A DNA stretch of 64,000 nt from Mytilus trossulus (taxonomy: Eukaryota). The stretch spans positions 3,348,001-3,412,000 of the forward strand of contig NC_086386.1 in NCBI RefSeq assembly GCF_036588685.1, written 5' to 3'. Below are positions 1-13,543 of this stretch, piece after piece (the stretch's first letter is position 1; every line of letters begins with the position of its first letter). The translations under genes were made by a program, and so were the position numbers. The notes beneath the pieces were generated by a model. The model had not been told where the DNA came from and made no database searches. It worked only from the letters and a program-made list of their open reading frames with translations.

Positions 1-103
1 AAAATCAATATCAGTATCAATGAAACAATATTCAAAGATCTAATTACAGGGCTGAATTGGTAATCTTTTAGAATGAGTTTATCTAAATGATTAATAAGTT
101 TAC

Positions 104-142
104 CAGGATCGTTTGAAAATTTCCTTGCGATAAACAACATTT
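104..142 (-). CDS. Candidate 39-nt downstream micro-exon of the giant-exon gene
   Basis: Flanked by tttttttacag| and |gtaaac on the minus strand. Open in phase 1 (EMLFIARKFSNDP) and phase 2 (NVVYRKEIFKRS). No homology support. Confidence 0.3.
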
Positions 143-536
143 CTGTAAAAAAAGTATGTGCTACATGTATCCCATTTGAAATAAGTTTTAAGGTACAACC
201 TAACTTTAAAACCTAATCTTTATATCTATATATGGAAGAATTAGGCAAAGGTTTTAAGTATTTGTGGTAACGAAATCCATAACTTATGCATAGTCGTGAG
301 AAGCATAGTTGGTGGCAGACGTGAGGAGCAGTGTCATCATATGCGCTAGAATGGTAACTCCTAGATATTCTAGTTCATGTTTGAAAGCGTGCTGACAATA
401 TTTGGTGTTATTTTTTTCTTTATCACCCATTTCCCGCACACAGAGCAAGCCAACATTCTCAAGAACTTACAACGTTTCTGATTCTGTCAATTTTCTCTTA
501 GTTTGATCTCTTAATTTCCCATGATTCCCTTATAAT

Positions 537-885
537 AGCTCATCATAATAGAGAAAAACTATCATAATGAAAAACCTCATCATAATAGAGAAAAAGCTCA
601 TCATAATAAAGAAAAAGCTCATAATAATAAAGAAAAAGCTCATCACAATAGAGAAAAAGCTCATCATAATAAAGAAAAAGCTCATCATAATAGAGAAAAA
701 GCTCATCATAATAGAGAAAAAGCTCATCATAATAAAGAAAAAGCTCATCATAATAGAGAAAAAGCTCATCATAATAATGAAAAAGCTCATCATAATAATG
801 AAAAAGCTCATAATAATAATGAAAAAGCTCATCATTATAGAGAAAAAGCTCATCATAATAAAGAAAAAGCTCATCTTGATAAAGA
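537..885. repeat. 21-bp minisatellite, about 16 copies, unit AAAAAGCTCATCATAATA(A/G)AG
   Basis: Directly visible tandem array. The unit length is divisible by 3, which explains the three repetitive ORFs at 530-965. Confidence 0.95.
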
Positions 886-2612
886 AAGAAGTACCATAAG
901 GCAGTTACGGCGTTCCATAGTTTTACACTACATGACATATATATGTAAATGCTATTGACCTTCATATTTACTTAAACACATACAAGACATAGTTAGATAA
1001 TGCGTATTTATTTGTTTTTGTGAGTGTCATTAAATGCTATCAATCAATCAAGAAATTATTTCCCTCAGTACAGTGCTGTTGCGTTTGTTTAATATGAATG
1101 AATGAATATTTTATTTGCGAAAGCATAAATAATATGCTATGGCAATACATAAACAGACAAAACAACAGATTGCAGAGAACAATTCATAATATAATAAAGG
1201 TACAATTAATTTACAATACATGATCTAATATGTGTAATGTTGCCCTTCAATTTAATTTGGAATAAAGTATATTCTATTCTATTCTATTCTATACAAAATT
1301 TAATTCTTATTTCATATTTTCTAGCGTTTCATGTTCAGATCGTTTAAATCGACATTAGTGATCGTGTGAACTGGGGATATTAAAAGCTTACAGAAGGGAT
1401 AGAGAAGTTTGCATCAATTCTTTTCCAAGTGGCCAGCCTTTGTAAGTCGTATCAATAAACTCATCTTAACTTACGTAACCGTCAATTGACGAAGACACAT
1501 GACCCCCAGGGTACTTCATGGTAATCCTTCAGTGTTATAAAATTAGATTTTATCTTTTCTTTACACATCTACTGAAGTTTAGTAACTTGCTAGAATTTGA
1601 AATATTCACCACTAAATTAATGGGTTTTTTTTGTGTCTAAAATAACTCGAGAAATAATAAACACGCATGCCAGTTTACTTAGTGATTCCTTTTATCTGTC
1701 CACCTTATTTATTTTACCTTATTCATATTAAAGTTGATGTAACTTTTAAAGACAAATTTGACCTAAGACGTTACAATTATCCAGTTAAAAAACCATGGTT
1801 CAACTAAAGAAGTAATTGGAATTTTCTCTGAAGCATCGGATAATGCAAATATAGACATCATCAATATAATTTCATTGTTACGAAGTCACGCCCATTATTT
1901 TACATCTAACTCATTGATACTGTAACGACATACTTCACAAACTTTTAGTAATTTTACGCTTAAATAAAATAAATATACTTGTTATTACTATGTACATATT
2001 TTATGACAGTTATACACTTTACAGTAAGGAAGATTAATAGAGCACATTAATTTACATGAAATAAGATGACAATCTTAGCATTCAATTTCTTTTCTGAATG
2101 GAATTAAGGTTGATGTTCGAGTTTAAGTATCAAAAGGAAGATTAAGTGTACTTGTGTGAACTTTATATATTGTCAATATCTAAAGTAATCTTTAATATTC
2201 CAACATTTACCTTTCTCAGGAATTGCTACAATAATATCATTTAGACATTAACGATCATTAACTGATTAAAATAAGATTTCAAGGTATGACACTAGTTTTG
2301 CAATTTTCGCTTATCAACACTTTAGATCACTTTTGGAGTGCGCAAACTAATTACATAGCACTACGTATATACAAGAAGACTGTATTTCACCCCCACCTCA
2401 CCCCATTCCACAAAAAAAAATAGAAACCGAAGATATCTGCAAAGTAGCATTACCCCACCTGCAAAAACTTGGTCCTCGTCCGTTATTGGTACCCGTTTAT
2501 TTTTAAATGACCGTATTAATCTACAGTGCGACAGATTTAAAACATTCCAAAATCCTAATATAAAAAACAACTTCAAATTGTAGAGTTAACATATCATATA
2601 TTTGACACTTAC

Positions 2613-5600
2613 CATTTTTGGATTTAGAAAATCTGTCAACAGTTTCAAACGCCATATTTTCCATTTCTCTGATATCTCTCTCCTGTTGAACCCTTTTTTC
2701 CTCCTCGTACCTCTTATATATATCCTCATCACTATGGTATAGAGGATTAGTCTTACTCATGTTAAACTTGTTGTCAAACATATTAATGTTATCATTGTAC
2801 TCATCTAGATTCTCATCGAAATTGTTCTTAATCAGTATATTACCCCTTACGACGCGCATGTCTCGGTCAACATCAGTGTATGTTTTCCTTTCTGGTTCCG
2901 GCGTTCCTTGGTAATTTTGCTGGTGGTTGAGTATGCTAGATAGTTTCGACTGGTACCCATCCATTTGGTCGTACGATTTCTGTCTACCACTACTACCACT
3001 ATTGACCTCGACTGATGATCGGAATTGGCGACCTTGACCCTCGGTAGAAGGTCGTCCTACATTTAAAGTTCTCTCGGTGGAATATCTCGGTGCCATAAAC
3101 TCAGCATTTCCATTAAAAGCAATCGGTCGATTATGTCCCACATCTATAGAGCTTACATTTCGATTCTGGTCTACAAATTGTCCACCAGTGACGTTGTTGA
3201 CGTTTTCTGTTTTCATTGTAGTTATAGTTTTTGTTGTCTCTTCATATTCCATCGTTTCCTCCTTGACGTCATCAGAGGCACTCGATTTGACAACTTTATA
3301 CTTTCGTCCACCGTCAACTTCGTCTGTCGGTGGTTCATATGGCCGATGTTTCTTTGCTGTATGCCACTTTGGTGACTCGTAAGGGCCTTTGACTAGAGCT
3401 ACAGATTTATACACGGGTCGTTCTTGAAACTGTTTCGAGTCAGTTTCATCAATCCTAGCCACGATAGTGTGTTCCTGTTTCGGTTTAGCGATTTGACGAT
3501 TCTCCTCTTTGTGTGTAACGATTTGATATTCCTCTTTAGGTTGTGTCATCACCTGAACACCTGTAGTTACCTTTTGTGGAATAGGTTCTATCTGGAGAAG
3601 GTTGTATTGAGGAACCTGAATTTGTGGAACCGGAAGTTGTGGTAACATAAATGGCTGTTGAACATAATAAGGATTAATCTGAGGTATCGGAGGGACGGAA
3701 GAGTTAGCCTCTACCATGTAGGCTGCTGACATGGCGTTAAGTCCACTTTGGTCGTACGAGGATGATTGATTAGTCACTTCCTTCTTCATGTTCACATCTT
3801 GGTTGCCAACGTAACTAGATTTACCATCTGTTACCCATGGACCGTCAGAAGACATTTCGTAAGACTGTTTAACAGTTTTAAGGGATGATGAACCATACGG
3901 ATTCTGTTGTGGAGCACAACCATCTTCGTACTCGTACGATGTGGTCCGTTTATTGGAGGAGCTGTCACTGTATCCATAAGGCTGCAACTGTTGACCTTGA
4001 CCTTGCCTTAATCTTTCGTCCGTGTATTGTCCCGACTGATATCGGTTGTCAGTTTCAGTGTATTCCATTGAATTCGGATTATACAAACTAAGTATGACTT
4101 CCTCAGCGGTATTATAATCAACGCCAGAATTTCCATGAGCTCTGAGATTATGAATTCTCTGATATGACGGACTGCCCCTACTAGGACTTGCACTATCATA
4201 TTCTGAGCTGTATCTATGATCAGAGGTGCTGTACTCGTAGCTTTCATCAGTAATATCCTCTATCATATAGGTATCCCCTTTATGATCTTGAACTATATAT
4301 TGATTCCTATTACCATGATTACTCGGATCCGAAACTACCGGAAGTGACGCAGTATCTGACTTGTCTCCATCCTCCTCCTCTTCCTCTACAACCCGGTGTG
4401 TGAGAGTAGTAATCACTAGGTTCCCTCCATTTAACTTGGTGATCGTCTGGTTAATTTCAGGTATAATATCGTCATTATTTTCTCCATTAAGTTTAGATAT
4501 GGCATCAGTCAGGAGTGCAAGATTCCGTTTTTGTGCTGTCTGCTCTTCATCATTAAAACCATCACTATTAACAGAGCTTGATGTTTTCGTCGTTATCTTT
4601 TTACCCCCTTTATATTCCGACATTTGGGAGGTTTTAGTATTTCCCGACGATTTCTCTGGCATTGTAGAACCAGTCCTTAGTTCCTGTATGATCGCTATTT
4701 TGGAATCGTTAGATGCACCACCGATTGTTTTATTATCCAAATCTGTTGTATGCACGTCCACAGTTGTCGAGAATCTACAGTCCTTATAATCTAGATGAGG
4801 ATTTAAAGGTGTAAAAGTTTTACCTGTAAAATTATCTGTCACATGATCACAGCCTGCGGTATGACACGCGTGAATGACTTCACTTTCTTCTGTTGTATTT
4901 ACATCAAATGTAACTGATCGCTTACTTTTGTGCTCCGTATTATTATAATCTTGTGTATGTTTATTTACTTTATTGTTCGTTAGAGGTAATTTTTCCACTT
5001 TATTTGTAGCTTCAAGCAAAGATGTTTGACAGTCTCCATCTATTTCTTCTTCATCTTCCGCCTCTTGTAAAAAGTCAAGATTAAGTTTCAGGGCAGATCG
5101 TAAATCCTCTGTATTATCAGTGTTTTTATTATCGTGTGTTCCTGGATCATCCAATGGAGTTTCGAACTGATGCTCATCGCTTCTTATTTGAACCATTTCC
5201 ACCTCATTTGTATCACAATTATTTTCTATTTCATTAATTTCATCTATTTCTTTAGGAATAACTTCGCCGTTTTCATCGTATTGAGTGAAATCACCGCTAG
5301 AGAATATTTCAAAAGTCTGGTCTTCCCGACAAGTCGTTAAAACTTCATTTTCTTTAGCAATCGCTGTTTCTACTATATATTCCCCTTCCACAGAACTATC
5401 GTCTTGCTCAGAACTATCTGACGATTCTGATTGGTCAGAATGTTTATGTGAAATGTCATGGTTTATTTCAGATTTTGCATTGTATGTATCATTATTGTTA
5501 TTGGTCTTTCGGTTCTTTGTCCGTTTTGCTAACCAGGTATCCATTAAGTCTAGATACGTCTGACACAATTCTTGTTCGGTATTTTTTAAAACGTCATCCA

Positions 5601-8600
5601 TTGGAGGTGTATCGGTAGATCTAGCAATATCAGGATTATTTGGTGAAGAATTGCTAGAAAAACTAACAACATCAGAATTACTTAAAACGTTTTGCGTGTT
5701 TGTCAGATCAACAGTTATATTTTCGTTTGTATTATTATTACTAGAAGTTTGGTAAGAATTTGTAAACTGTAAAACATCGTTTTCCGTACGAGAATCATGT
5801 TTAATGTCGCACTCTTTTTTATTTTTGAGCATAGTACCGTTAGTTTTATACTGGCTTATATCATACCCACAATTTCCTTGTGCAAAGTCTGTCTTTACGT
5901 TACCATGGATATCTGTGGTATTAACGGCAGTTGTCTCCCCTTTAAAAGAAGATACGTTATCTATATCGATTAATGTTGCTTCATTCACATCTGCATTGCT
6001 AGCTTTTCTTCGATCCAACCCACCTAAACAAGGAGATGGTGGTGCTCCTGTTCTAGGTGTCTCAATTACTATTTGACTTTTTAACTTCACATTATTATCG
6101 ATTGAGTTAGACGAAATATGACTAGAACTTTTAGTTTTATTATCAGATTGGAATTGTATTGAATTGTCATTATCCTGTTCAGCAAAACTTTTATTTTTAA
6201 GCTCGATATCATTAATAGAAGCAGATTTAACACTTTTGTCGGGTGAATCAATACTAAAACGAGGCTCTGTTAAATCCACGCAGCTTGGTGACGGATCGAC
6301 ATAGGTTTCTACAATAGATTCTTTAAATTCCTGAGGTAGCGTTTCAAAGTTCGGGTTAGATTTCTTTTTTCTTGGTGGTTTCTTTGGAGGAGTCTTTTTC
6401 GGATATATACTTATAACATCGGTACATGTGTCCGTTCTATTTTGAACATCGCTAATTATGTCCGTTCTATTGTGGTCCATACGTAAGACATCCACAGCTT
6501 CATTTTTAGTTGTATTTAGATTGTCATTTACAAAAGTATACTTTAACGGAATATCCGGTTCAACTATTCTATAATGTTCAGCGGACTCCTCGCGTTTTTC
6601 GGTAATTTCTTCAACAGTTTCTATAGTCAATTGTAAATTATCTATTACTCTTTGATCTTGTTCATGATACAAGACGTGAGATGAATCACGTTCTTCAGTT
6701 TGTAGGATATTTTCCTCAACAGCGAAACACTTCGTCTGATTACTTACGACTGTCGATTCTCTAGAGTTATGTGTAAGCTGTGATCCGTTTGTTTCGCACT
6801 TTTCAGTAGGTCTTAAAGGTAATACCGACATTTCAGCCGGCATATCAGCAATTTGTTGTTCTCTGTTTTCTTCCAAATTTAAATTGTGCACATATGTATT
6901 ATTATCATGGCCATTAACTATTTCTTTTGTATTATTTTCAGACAGGGCAGCAACCTGTTCTGTATACTTTGGAGAGCTTAATTCAACTTTTAAATATGAC
7001 GTTTTTGTTTCACGACTGTTTGCATGTCCCTGTGTAGTAGAATGATGTAATAAATCCGGTGTATATGTTCCGGATATATCACCTAAGTCGTTAGTGTCGT
7101 TACAGGTTTCACTGTTAATGCACACATCCGAAGTCAAAATATCCTCGCTTATTACACACTGAATAGAAGCTGCAGCGACATTAGAAGCACTGTTTTTCAT
7201 TGAGCATGATTCATTGTAATGAATACTATTAGATTGTTCAGGCCCATCTAGTGTATATGTATTTTGATTGTGTAGATAATTATCATTCCCGATTGGTGAT
7301 TCCAGGGCAACATTCAAATAACTACTGACATTTTCGTTTTCATGTCGTTCTGGAAGAGACGTCGGTTTTTCAGCACCAATAGGCTGGTGTTTCGTGTTTG
7401 GTAATTGTTTTTCCAGCTCTAACTTTTGTTTATAACAGGAAACAGGGTGTTCAGAAATGTCTTTACCAAGTAGAGTTGTCGTTCGTGAAGTGACATTTTC
7501 TTGTCGAAAAGATGTCGGTGGAGATGAAAATTCTGGTAAAGTGTTGTCAGAAAAATAACAAGAATCTACTGTGTCCGCTAGATCTCTTTCCGCTAGATCT
7601 CTTTCTGCATCTTTTTGTTGATAGCTTGCATTTTCATGTGATTTATCCAATAGTTGAAATGGTAAATCTAAGTTTTGTTCTTGAAAGTGTTCATGTTTAT
7701 AAAGAGTACTATCAGACTGGGTTTCTGGGAAAGGCGTTGGTATATCTATTCCTCGTTCTTGAAAGGTTTCATTATTTTCATATACTGATTGAGTTTCTAT
7801 GATTGGATTAGGACATTGGATCAGCCTCGGTTCCATTTGACGAGAGGAAGGCGACGATTGCGAAAATTTACCTCTATGTTCTTCAATTTTAGATTGCGTT
7901 ATTTTATCCCAGTCTCGTTCTGACTGGTGACCTATTCCAAATTTAAAGATAAGACGATCTATTTCAGTTTCCTCTTTATTATCGTCCGGACTATCAGATA
8001 ACTGATCAATGTTTGTATTATTTGATTCGTCCTCTCGTGAAGGGTATCGCTTACGTAAGAAACTTTTTAACGCATCAGCTGATGTTGCCGATCTGTTAGG
8101 ATCTGTTCTGTTGAAAGGTGAACTTGATGTTTCTTTTTGCTTTGACGACGTTCTTGCTCTTTCGCTGACAGGTTTTTGAAAGTTTGATTTTTTATCATTA
8201 ACTGATTGTGTGATCGGTTTTGGACTATTTTCTATTTGGTTGCTTCTAGCTCTATGAAATATGGGTCCATTGTTGAAACTCTTAGTTTTCGACCGATCCA
8301 AGTCATCCTCTGTAACGTTACTTCTGTTTTTACTTTCAACTGGTTTTTGTTCAATGTTATCTTTACCTACAGCTATTGCGTTTGCGATTCGTTCACTAAC
8401 GCTGCGTTGTAATATTGACCTCCTATGTGCAGGAGCTTTATCATATGACTTTGATTCTATTTCTGTCAGATTGTCATTGTTTCTGTTATATTCTGTGTTA
8501 ACTTCTGTATGATGAACACTTTTGAAAAGTAATTCGCCATGTTCAGTTTGTCTGCTTGTGTCTACTAATCTAGGGCTATATGTCGACTTTTCATTTTGAT

Positions 8601-10098
8601 TTGATCGAGGTGAAAACAGTTTGTCAGCTGCTTCGTTCTTGTAATTGTTAGTTTTAGGTTGAGTTATTTTATCCCAGTCGTCTTTTCCTTTAAAATCAGG
8701 TTGCATGACAAAATTATTGACCTCTGTATTATTTCCGTCTTTGCAAATTTCAACTGTTACGGATTGATCAAATTCTTTATCAATGTCTTCTTCGTCAGGA
8801 TATTGTTTCTGAAGGAAATTTTTTAATGCACTCGTTGAGCGCATACTACCTGTTCGATTAATAGCTTCGTTCGTCCTTGTGTCAAGTTGATGTTTGTTTG
8901 GTATGTGCATGCTCACCGAACGCTGTAAACTATTAGTATTTTCAGCAGATCCAACAGTCCACAACCTTCCAGAGCTTGCCATACTTTGATTGTTTGTATT
9001 ATTGACCATGTGTGATTTTCCCGACAATTCTCCTTTTGGGCGGACTCTTTTCCTATTTTCGGGTATTTGGTCAGGTTTATTTCTACTGTTACTGATGTTC
9101 ACTTTATCTTTGTGTGTCTGATGATATTGCCCTTCTGTTATGATATCGTCAGAGTTTACCTTGAAATCTGAGACGTATGTGTCTGTTGGGTTAAATCTGG
9201 CCTGTTCGTGTTGTGGTTTAAAAGCTAGATTCTCTGTTGATTTAGAACGTAGGATGTACGGCTCGCCACGTTCGTCATAAGATTTGCGTAACGAAGCAAC
9301 GTCTGCTTTATTGTTAATGTTAGTTAATGAATTAGTCCTCTGTGAAGGTGTTATAGTCGTTTTAGCGACAGACAAATATCTGTTGGAAACGTCATTGGCA
9401 CTATTATGTCTTTTGAGCGAACTTGTCCTTGAACGTATATCCATATCTTTAGTAAGTGAATCATCCTGTGACGAAAACATCTTTTTTAATTGAGACACGT
9501 ATCCTGGTTTAATTTTTTGCCGAACGGATTGTTTATTGTCTTTAAGTTTTTGCACTATGGGTTGCCAATCAGAATCTTCAGTGGTTTCTTTTACCTTTCG
9601 CTTACGTTTAACTTTTTCCTTCGGATCTTGAGTATTTATCGTATAAAATCCAATGTTACTGTCCGAATCAGAATCAGCAAATGAACTGTCATGTGACTCT
9701 TGTGGAAGACTTAGTTTGAAACGTACTGAATCTTTTCTGTCCAGAGACTGTTTTTGTGACGAACTCCAAGAAGTCATACGCTGACTTGATGTCCTTAAAA
9801 TCGACGCTCGTGTAAGTACCGGCGTAGAAGTTTCTGGAACTACTTGATTCACTTGAGTGTGAGCATGCGTGATGCTTTCCTCCATTCCATTTGTAGTGAA
9901 ATATTCTTGTACATTTGGAGGTGTAGAACATCCGCCATGTATAAACCCTGAGTCGAGCGATGAGAACGAGGTAGAAGGTGACAATGTCGGAGTATCATTC
10001 AGTGAGGAGTAAATTATTTTGGGTGTTCTTCCTCTCTCGTGATATGTCGGCTTATCTCCCTTGATAAATGGTGCAGTGAGAGTTTCTGACTTTTCCAT
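2613..10098 (-). CDS. Giant first coding exon (about 7.5 kb) of an uncharacterised, largely disordered S/T/N/D/E-rich protein; the gene continues toward or beyond the left edge
   Basis: 2525-codon uninterrupted ORF. Acceptor tttatttcag| at 10115 is followed by 16 nt of UTR containing in-frame TAA stops before ATG 10098. A strong donor AATG|gtaagt at 2612 (phase 1) means the last ~30 aa of the listed ORF are intronic. No globular domain recognised. Confidence 0.85.
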
Positions 10099-11559
10099 TT
10101 TGTTTTAAGTTTACCTGAAATAAATGTAAAATAGTACATATAATATCTTCTAAATATAATATACAGTTTTACAAGGCATTTAAACAAAAATCATTTGCAC
10201 ACAAAAATATACAATTTGTGCATGTTTGCCTAATGAATTGGCGTACACCTCTATAATATGATGTTTTGTGTAAGAACGTACCCTTTTTGATAATGTTGTT
10301 TTTCTTTAAATTATTAATTGTTTCTTGTTGGGCCACATTATGTATAAGTATATGTATGGCGAACTTGCAGATAAATCTAGGATTTTTTATTTGTCACTCC
10401 TATATTTCTCTTCCAAAACACTTTTATATGCTCTGAACATATTTAATCATGACATTACGATTTTTGTCCTGTCCGCAGAAATGTTACTACTGTGAAATAA
10501 ATCTTAAAACTAGAGATATTGCAAATTAAATGATGCGTTTTTGCGTTATTTTTATTTTCAAATGATAACGTGGGTGTTTTTTGTGATCTTTGTAACATGA
10601 TGCAAATTCACAAAATTAAGAAGCGAAAGAAAGTCGATGTTTTAAATGTTTGTTATTTTGGATACAGCATTCGCAGTTGGAAATATATACAATTTGTATT
10701 GTTTTAGAAACTAAAGTCTCGATTAAATTCTTGAATAAACTAAATGTTCTAAACGGGACCACGAAAACCCCCGTGGAAGTTAAATGTAATGTTTAATGAA
10801 ACGCGCACAAAATTTATATTTTATATCATTGTACATGTAAATTAAAGTTTTTTTTTAAATGATTTAAATATTCTGATACCACAATCGGGTAGGATTAATT
10901 AGATTTCCCTTTTTATCAGTCGGATTGTGTTTATAGTATGGCACATCATATTGTATACTGAATGATATAAAGTAAATCATAAATCATATATACGACTTAC
11001 ACTTGCAACTTTGAAATAATTATGTTGACGTAAAGATGCATTCTACGAAGGACATTTCAGACTAATACAAAAGACTAATAAGTCCCAAGTGAAGATAAGT
11101 GTAAAATTAGATATGTGCTATTATAGATGTATTTTATCAAAATATTCCTCAACTTTTTCGTGTACATTGAGTAGAATTGGACTTACACTCTGATTTGAAA
11201 AATATTCGGAGGGGGGAGGGATATTCTCAAGTGTGTGCATATTTTGGTTATGGTTATTCAATTTGTATCATATGGACCCGTTGTTTTAAGAAGGTTTATT
11301 ATGGTATCTCTCTATAATAAATAAAACTATATCAAGTGGTGTCATCTAAATCAATGTTCTTTGTTTAAATATTTAATCATAAATAGCATATTTAATGTTG
11401 ATTTAATAAATAAATGTGAGTTTTACCAATAAAAGTCCTGATAAATATAAGTAGCATATAAATCAAAGTGGACCATAACAACATTCTTCTATCTAGTCCC
11501 ATTGATCAGACCGTTTAGGCTTTCTCGGGTCATTTACCGTAAACTCCCGAAAAATTCTC

Positions 11560-11775
11560 GTTTGAGTTGTTTTACATTTGTCATTTCGGGGCCTTTTATA
11601 TCTGACTACGTTGTGTGGGCTTTGTTCATTGATGAAGGCCGTACGGTGACCTATAATTGATAATTTTTGTGTCATTTGGTCTCTTGTGGAGATAGTAGTT
11701 TTATTTATTATAGAGGATACCATAATACACGTAATAAAAACAAAAGCAATCATACCAAATCTTCTTTTTCATATG
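11560..11775 (-). repeat. Degenerate copy of the abundant SINE-like interspersed repeat
   Basis: Reverse complement matches the ccacaagagaccaaatgacac...ataggtcaccgtacggccttca...aaaaggccccgaaatgacaaatgtaaaacaa motif also seen near 45260-45440 and 49960-50016. Confidence 0.65.
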
Positions 11776-13183
11776 TTATATTACTTACTCTTTTATAAAG
11801 AATGTGTGTTTCTTTTGTAATTATATCAAAAGCTGGCCATTCAATCTGTAACGTAGGACTGCTTCACTGTTTCAATAATGGTGTACTACATAAAAAAAAT
11901 ATAGATAAATTACCGGTATAGTCACTAAAATCAAAATCAATTAAAACATTCCATGGTGAAAAAAATAAACAAAACCGAAAAAAGTAAAGTCAACAATGCT
12001 GAAATAAATCTTTTTTTTTTTTATAACAGTTCAAAATTATCGAATTTACAAATATATCTTAAATAAACAAAAAAAAACATTGTGACAGTCGCGTTACAAA
12101 AGGAGTTTGTATTTTAGTTGTATAACGAAATAACGTTTAACAAGTTAAGAATGTTGTGGGCCCAAGATAAGTAATAATATACACACACAAGTCAATATCC
12201 CCCATTTGCATTCACAATTTTATCATTCTATTTTGCATGTTCACTTTTGTAAAGCATGCATATAAAAGTTAAGTTACGCTAATTTTGTTTAACTGTGATG
12301 TGAATTAAAATAAGTTACGATTACCGTACATGTAACAAGTCCATGTCTTCTAAAATCCAATACATGTAGATAATGCTAATGAGAATGAAAAGAGATATAG
12401 TCTTTGATGCATGCGGGAGCACAATAACACATTTCAATAAAAATAGTACAATACTATTTGTAACGTTTGGACACCATTACATATGTAGGACGTAAACTGA
12501 AGTATGATATTATTTTCCAATACTGCACATCTTATCCCTATTTATTTAGAACTAGGTAATTCTGACGTGAGGTGGGTGTACATTCCACTGTTATCCTAAC
12601 TTACAATGATATCTAATATATATAGGTAAATATACACTCTAAAATGCATGCTCATGGTGCAATTTTTACTCCCGCAGAGGGTAAAAAAAATCATTAGAAT
12701 ACGCCTTAAAACTATTGGCAAATATTAGCATTTTCCTCTTAATAAAGCGATTGAATCAACTTGTGACTTTTTTCAGGACATATTTTGGCGGGAGTTTGCG
12801 AATGATCGTCGAATGTGAGTGTTCATACTTTGACCTTCAGTAATGAAGCAGTCGGTGCTTTTGTTAATATTAAAAAAAAAAGGACATTTCAATTTTATTT
12901 CAATTTTATCTAGAAGACATAGACTGTATTTCTTTAAACTTGGTGACGTTATTTCAGAGACTTTTAAAAGAATTATTTAATCTTTCAAAAAGATAAACTA
13001 AATCAATGTCTCTTATCACGGACTTAAGCGATAAATCGCAACAAAACAGAGAACTGTCGCTGACCTAGACGTAGGTTGCTGCATCTTATTATTTTTTTTT
13101 GTTTAAAATTTTATAAGCTTAAGTAAAACAAAAAAATCAAAGCTCATACCACCATATGTATTGACATGAGATATACTGTTCCG

Positions 13184-13543
13184 AGATACCACATAGCACG
13201 TTATACAGACACCACATAGCACGTTATACAGATACCACATAGCACGTTATACAGATACCACATAGCACGTTAAACAGATACCACATAGCACGTTATACAG
13301 ATACCACATAACACGTTATACAGATACCACATAGCACATTATACAGATACCACATATCACGTTATACAGATACCAAATAGCACGTTATACAGATACCACA
13401 TAGCACATTATACAGATACCACACAGCACGTTATACAGATACCACGTTATACAGATACCACATAGCACATTATACAGATACCACACAGCACGTTATACAG
13501 ATACCACACAGCACGTTATACAGATACCACATATCACGTTATA
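13184..13543. repeat. 23-bp minisatellite, about 15 copies, unit AGATACCACATAGCACGTTATAC
   Basis: Directly visible tandem array with a few substitutions and one shortened unit near 13440. Confidence 0.95.

Noticed and set aside
471-535. Possible extra minus-strand exon ending at a gtaagt donor near 470
   Set aside because: No convincing acceptor because it abuts the minisatellite; unsupported.
530-965. Three overlapping repetitive ORFs (poly-KKLIII, FFSIMMS, YYDELFL)
   Set aside because: By-product of a 21-bp minisatellite; no splice or homology support.
3077-9931. Short ORFs overlapping the giant exon
   Set aside because: Antisense or alternate-frame shadows of the long coding sequence.
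13184-13543. Regular short repeats superficially like a CRISPR array
   Set aside because: Head-to-tail units without unique spacers, eukaryotic context, no cas genes.
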